A model generated the notes under the pieces. The model had not been told where the DNA came from. It did no database searches and saw only the letters and a list, made by a program, of their open reading frames with translations. 64,000 nt of DNA from Chrysomallon squamiferum (lineage: Eukaryota; Animalia; Mollusca): NCBI GenBank assembly GCA_012295275.1, contig CM022667.1, forward strand, positions 16,988,001-17,052,000, given 5' to 3'. The translations under genes and the position numbers were made by a program. Within the stretch, counting starts at the first letter, position 1; each line of letters begins with the position of its first letter. Positions 57,918-64,000 of the stretch are shown here, piece by piece.

Positions 57918-60389
57918 TTTCCACAGATATGTATTATAATGCTGTGATGATTGAAAATTCTGAACATCAGATTGTCCAATAACATGCTTACAAAGGCAGT
58001 GTCAATGAATTAACGAAAGCAAACATAGTAAATAAAAGGCTGCCAGAACAGTCATGCAGAATGTATGTTCACTGCACCAATACCTGTTTATTTCATTTGC
58101 TTAATAACTGTCATTATAATTCTTGTTATAATTTTCCTCTTTCTTGATACATATATTGTTTTGTTGTTGTTTTTAAGACAATATGGCCAATCTGATAAAT
58201 AAATAAAGAGAATTAAAAAAATAATTAAAATTTATGTCAAAATGTTTTGAAAATTTAAAAGGAACGAATTCTATAGAATTACATTAATATTCATTCATAT
58301 ATATATATACTAAAAACAAAGTTTATTCACACTGTATTATTTTTTTTAAATTTAAATATTTATATCACTGAAAATATAAAGGCCATTTATAATGATTTAT
58401 TTTGAGTTTTTCCATACATATCTGTATAATAATATCAACATGTGTAAACCTATATTTTCACATTTTTCAACAAAGTATTTTATTTCTCAAATTATTGATC
58501 TCAAAGAGTAGTAAATTCACCTTTATTATTATTTTACCTACTAGATTATACAAAACAAAATAGTTGTTATATAACAATGTTTTTTTCTTCTTTTTTAATG
58601 AAAATGGTTTTTAAAATGGTCTTTTATGATATGAACATTGTAAATGTAACTCTGAACAATATTATCAGACACACACACACACACACATATATATATATTA
58701 ATTCAAATGTTGCATTTTTACTGTGTATTTGTGGGTGGGTGGATGTTTGTGTTTATACAGACAAACACACACAAAATAAGTAACAAATAACTTGTTAAAA
58801 TTAAAATATCCCCAAAAGCTCTATTTTTTATCTGTGATTAAGTATAGAAAGTTATCAAGTCCTCATATTTTGCTTGTTTCTAGTATATAACTTTTTGAAA
58901 ACAAAAACATAAAAGAGCTAAAAACTATGAATTATATTTTACAGAATATAAGAAAGATGAAATTACATTATTGAATTAAACACACCAACACACAGGGCTT
59001 AAAAAAAGAAGAAAAAAAAGAAATAAAAGAAAGGGTAATTATACTAAATAAATAGTAAACAAAATAGAAATTTATATATTAAATCAAAAAAATGTAAACA
59101 TAACCATTAAAAAGTTTTAATAATAACAACCCCATATTTCACTATTAAGACAGAAAATAATAATAAAAGTATTTTTAAAAATTAGAATAACAATTCAAAA
59201 TAATAATTATATAGAATATATTAAACCTGAAATAAATTATTTATGTTTGACAGTTTGATTTAATGCTTCTCTCAAATGTTACAGATTTATACAGACATGC
59301 ATTTAGCACTGTTTTAATGGTCATTCCTGCATTAAAACTAGCTGCAGGTGGAACAAAATGAAGATTATTCAATATCAAACACTGATTAAAGATCTATCAG
59401 TATACCAGGATATTAAATTAATGGCCTTAGGGAACGCATCAATGACTATGGCTCATAAAACCGGTTGGCAGAAGTCATTCACAAGAAGAATAATAAATAT
59501 TTATTTAAGATAATGGGCAAATGCATGCACATAAATTATGATAGTTTCAGTTACCTATCTCAAAACCTGTTTGATGAAAAAGAAAAATGTATTGGATGCT
59601 ATGGATGCATTCCAATAATAAAAAATTTATTTGAAGTAACAATATGAAATAGAGGCAGTTTAACAGACAAGGTTAAATGTTCACACACACACACACACAC
59701 ACACACTCTCTCTTTTTCTCTCCCTCTCTGATTGTTATAAAACTATTAATAATAAGATTGTAATTTCAGTTTACAACTTCTGTTTCTACATGTGAATTTA
59801 TAAACTGTAAAATGAATTATAACTATATGTTTTCTTTATTTCCTTTTTTTTCTCTTAAGCCATGGAGTTTAATGAACACTGTATACTAGTAACACATGGG
59901 ACAATTAATTTATTAAGCAAATCAGTTCAGTATAATATTAAACTTACAAACAGACAGAATGACAAACTGACTGGCTGACTGGGCCATATGTACACACAGA
60001 CAAATACACACATTAAAAAACACATAGATGCCAATTATTTACACTGATTTAGCAGTATAGTCATGTTACAACTATATATAGTAAATTAGAAAAAGCTCAC
60101 TCTGTAAAGTGTATGTGCTTGCTATAGGACTTCTGATGCTGACTGTATTGCAGAACTATCCTGGGATGTCATAGGTAAAGAAAAAATTGAATTTTCAAAT
60201 AACATAAAAATCCAGCAGTGAACTTTTCAACATAATAAATAAATGGTTAACCTATCATTTGTAACACATTTGTTATACTTACAGTTCCTATTTCTTTCTT
60301 CTACCTTTTGTTTAAAAAATGCATTTTGTTAAATAATATTGTGCAAGACAATGACCTACTGTGTAAGCAGCAGCAATGAAATGTTTATT

Positions 60390-60610
60390 TATAAAATTTA
60401 TAAGCACCTTCCTAGAGGCAGGAAAATTATAACCAATGAAAACTTGTCACTGGCAGTAATGGTAAATAATCTAAACTGGTTCACTACATGGATAGATCCA
60501 CAACCTAACACACATCAGGCCAGTGCTACTATGCTGAAACAAAATATTCTTTATCAAATCACTGAGAGTACTGGTTGGAATGGGAAATCAGCAAATGGCC
60601 ACAAGACGGA
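60390..60610 (-). mobile_element. very decayed SINE-like repeat remnant
   Basis: aagcaccttcctagaggcaggaaa and actggttggaatgggaaatcagcaaatggcc resemble the reverse complement of the 36560-36790 family. Confidence 0.3.
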
Positions 60611-63189
60611 TAAAGAAAAGAAAAAAATTATTGGTAATAGTCTGAAGGAAAAATAATAATAATACCTCCAATTCCATGACTTATCCTTTCATTTTTATAT
60701 AGGGTGTCTTATTTAAATTAAAAAATAAAAAAAAAAAAATAAATAAAAAAAAAAAAGTAAATAAATTAAAATATGTAAAACACTAGTAAAAGTTAATGCT
60801 TGTATAATTTGATGTGTCTCTGTAGTAGGTCTTCAAACCAACAGATGTGTGTGTCAGCAAACTGATATGATAACTGGAAACTGCTCAGGCAGTTTACTCA
60901 TTATCGTAACGTTAGCATTAAAAAAACTGGAGGCTGATGAAACAACTGGAAATGGGCCAGCAGCCTTAAACAAGATTTTATTAAAATTAATTTAGAGAGC
61001 TGTTTAAAAATATAAAAAATATAAAAATGACCAACTGCTTTTTTCTTTTCTGTTTTCTTCTTCTTTTTTTTAAAGTATCAGTTTTAACACACATATATTT
61101 TTATTTGTATAATAAAATAAAATTTGTGTTACCTAAAAATTAAAGACAGATGAATGAACAAAATCTAAATGAGACCTTCTATAAATCTCACACATCCTTG
61201 TAATCGTAGTATTTCATATCTTGTCATGCATCACTGGTTTTAACACAAAACAGATCTACAAACACAAGTACTGATACAGATGGAGGTTACTTAAGTAAAG
61301 CATCATGAGGACTTCTAAGTTATAAATAGTTCACAATGTTTTTAATTCAATACCAGGTAAAGGTATAGTTAAACCTGTCTGTGTCTTTTTTATTATTTAT
61401 TCACATTATGACAATAAAATAAAAAATATAAAAAAATAATGAAATAAATGAATGAGATATAAAAAGCTATTATTAGTAATTTATTTTATAATACTAAAAG
61501 TAATTTTTTTTTAACAAGGATAATTTGTTTCTGTAGTTCTTTTTTAAAATAAATGAAAGAGATATTAAAATATAGTTAGAAATTTGATGTAACTATAAAT
61601 ATACTAAGTTTATGTAACTTAGCTGCATGATTTTAACTGATAATGTGTGTGTGCATTTATGTGTGATATGTGTATGTATATGTGTGTGAACACATTTATA
61701 TTTATATTTGAACGTATCTATCATTCAATGTATGTATATTAAACCTTTGAGCAAAGTGACATGCTACAGTCTACATACTTTACATTATATGAAGGAAACA
61801 AATCATCAGTCATAGATTATGACACTCATAAATCAAACATGTATATACTTTTAAAAGGTTCAACAGGTACTTGATGTTTACAGTGTAATCATTTTAATGT
61901 CTGTAATAATAATACTTAAAAATAAAAATAAATAAAAATGCTCTAGATAAAGGTAAAACATTTGTCTTTCCTTCTTTTGCATTTGTTTCTGTACGTTGTA
62001 ACCAAGATAAAGATTAATGTTTACCACAGGTGCATAACAGTAACATAAACATATTTCTTTTATATCTATAGACCAGCATTATTATTCTTCAAAATGGTTT
62101 TTGTTTTTGTTTTTGTGCAGAAACTGTGTGACCAGCTTTACACTGAATATTTTATACATAAGCATACTTTTTATCCTTTTATTATCACTTTAGACTTTTT
62201 ATATATATTTTAATAAATGTTTTAAAATTAAACTTCTGTTATAAATATTGTATCAAAATATTCTTACTTTCTGTTCTCATTGTTAAACAAAAATAAACAT
62301 GATACATTTTTGCAGGAATGTTAAGATTTTAATGCATTACAATACATAACACAAAATTTCCAGTACAAATATATCTATTAAAAATGCATTAAGAAAAATA
62401 ATATACTAAAGCAATATATATCCTATTACTAATAAAAAAAAACAGGAATAAATATGTATTACATGTGTGTGGGGGGTTGAGGGTGTGTCATTCCTGTATT
62501 TGATTTCCAGTTCAGTATTTAGTTAAAGATAATTTTTGTATCATTACCTGTAACATAGTTATGTATGTCATACTGGTGATTATTAAATATTTCAACTACT
62601 TCCACAGTATATTAAGGTTGTGGTGTGCACCTTCTCATCTGTATGATATATGAATATTAATTATTATAAGATAGCATTTGTTGCTTCAGTAAGAGTCATA
62701 TACTGTAAGTAAGAGTAGTACATCACACTGCAGTAGCTGGTTTGATTCAGATATTATCATCAGTATTTATTAAGGATATATACTCTTTCATACATTCCTG
62801 CCTATGGATATGGTAACTATTTCAAGACTCTTAAATCCATAAGCAGTTTAAATTAAATAAAAGAAAACAAGACAATGTAAAGGAAGGGAAAATACCTCAA
62901 TCATCAATGTATGTATAAATTGTCTAGTGCATGAAATATCGCATTCTTATGATGTATACTGTGTTATTAATGTGTGTCATTCACTCATTCAGTCATTGTG
63001 TTTAATTCTGAGTGTGAATATGTGCGTTTGTGTCAGTTAGTTAATAATAATTAACAAAATAAAAATGGGTTTTTAAATACAGTCTTAAACAAATATTTTA
63101 TTTTAATCTTTACTTGTTTCCTTCTGGTGAAATATTTAATATTTCATTTATTTTTGGGTTTAGATTACTGATTAGTGATAATTAGGTGC

Positions 63190-64000
63190 AGCTCGAATGA
63201 CATCCGTTATATTTTGATTCTAAGAAATTAACTTTAAGAACTGAAGACAGGAAGTTATAATAGTACAAATGAAATAATTTCTAGTTGATCTATTACTGAC
63301 AATCAAAATTATCAACGAGAATCTTTCTCCTCCAACAAAAACATACGTTGATCAGAAGCCGATTAAAGTTTCCAACTTAATATAAAAACGAAAACGTAAA
63401 ATAAGAAAAAATATTAAGACAATTATACTTACATTTATACAAGAATGAGAAACATTTTTGTTTGTACGGGGATAATGTATACGGAAACAAGGCTTTTTAT
63501 GGTCATCTATGGGCATTATTCAGTACACATCATGGTTAAATTTAAAGATTATGAACACACGATAACTTTTCCGTAAATTTTAACAGGCAACCATTCCATT
63601 TTGTCATTCGTATTACTATTCCTTTCTAACTAGAGCACCTCAACAACACAGAGAAACTTGACATGAAATGATCAATTGTAAGTTTATTCAATTGTAAGTA
63701 ATTAATGTGTTATTTACAAGTTAATATTTTATCTATTCTTTTCTTTTCTTTCTTTTTTTTTTTCTTTCCATCGACCTGTTTCCAGTTAAGTACAGCAACT
63801 GCACGAACTTTCCATCATATTGTGACGTCATTGTGACTTTTTCATTTTCACCATTTTATTTCGTACAAAGTGACAGATAAATTTTGATGTGATAAATGAA
63901 AATTACAAGATTTGATTTTCATTCCAAAGATTTCTGAATTTACAAAAATTCGAGACATGCTTTACCCATTTAAATAACGGTAGAGGATCTAGGTTTACTT
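63190..64000 (-). promoter_or_regulatory. putative ATP2C1 promoter and non-coding first exon region
   Basis: CpG dinucleotides reappear abruptly; minus-strand donor GTAAGTA at about 63426-63432; palindromic CRE TGACGTCA at 63823-63830. Confidence 0.4.

Noticed and set aside
60930-60968. CTGATGA...GAAA as a hammerhead ribozyme or SECIS-like hairpin
   Set aside because: No pairable stem II between CTGATGA and GAAA and no GA quartet partner; only a short AGGCTG/CAGCCT stem.

Overview
This is AT-rich, microsatellite-dense animal DNA with spliceosomal introns; the repeat content looks gastropod/mollusc-like (inference). I traced three multi-exon genes by hand: an arylsulfatase B/I/J-family sulfatase (minus, 924-5858, 8 coding exons), rotatin/RTTN (plus, 7324-36003, 47 coding exons) and the secretory-pathway Ca2+/Mn2+ ATPase ATP2C1/SPCA (minus, 42071-57917, 24 coding exons). 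A tRNA-Glu(CTC) gene lies between the divergent sulfatase and RTTN starts. A tRNA-Thr(TGT) gene and a decayed copy lie antisense in RTTN intron 41. Introns hold two Tigger/pogo deletion derivatives, small MITEs, decayed SINE-like copies and many micro/minisatellites; most long ORFs in the track are repeat artefacts. The most notable oddities are a one-base frameshift in RTTN exon 44, a sharp CpG-rich/CpG-poor switch near the tRNA-Glu, an ATP2C1 intron made of decayed tandem copies of its own splice acceptor, a double hairpin enclosing a cryptic GTAAGTA donor, and a GC-AG intron. I see no clear evidence of a wholly new multi-gene system.
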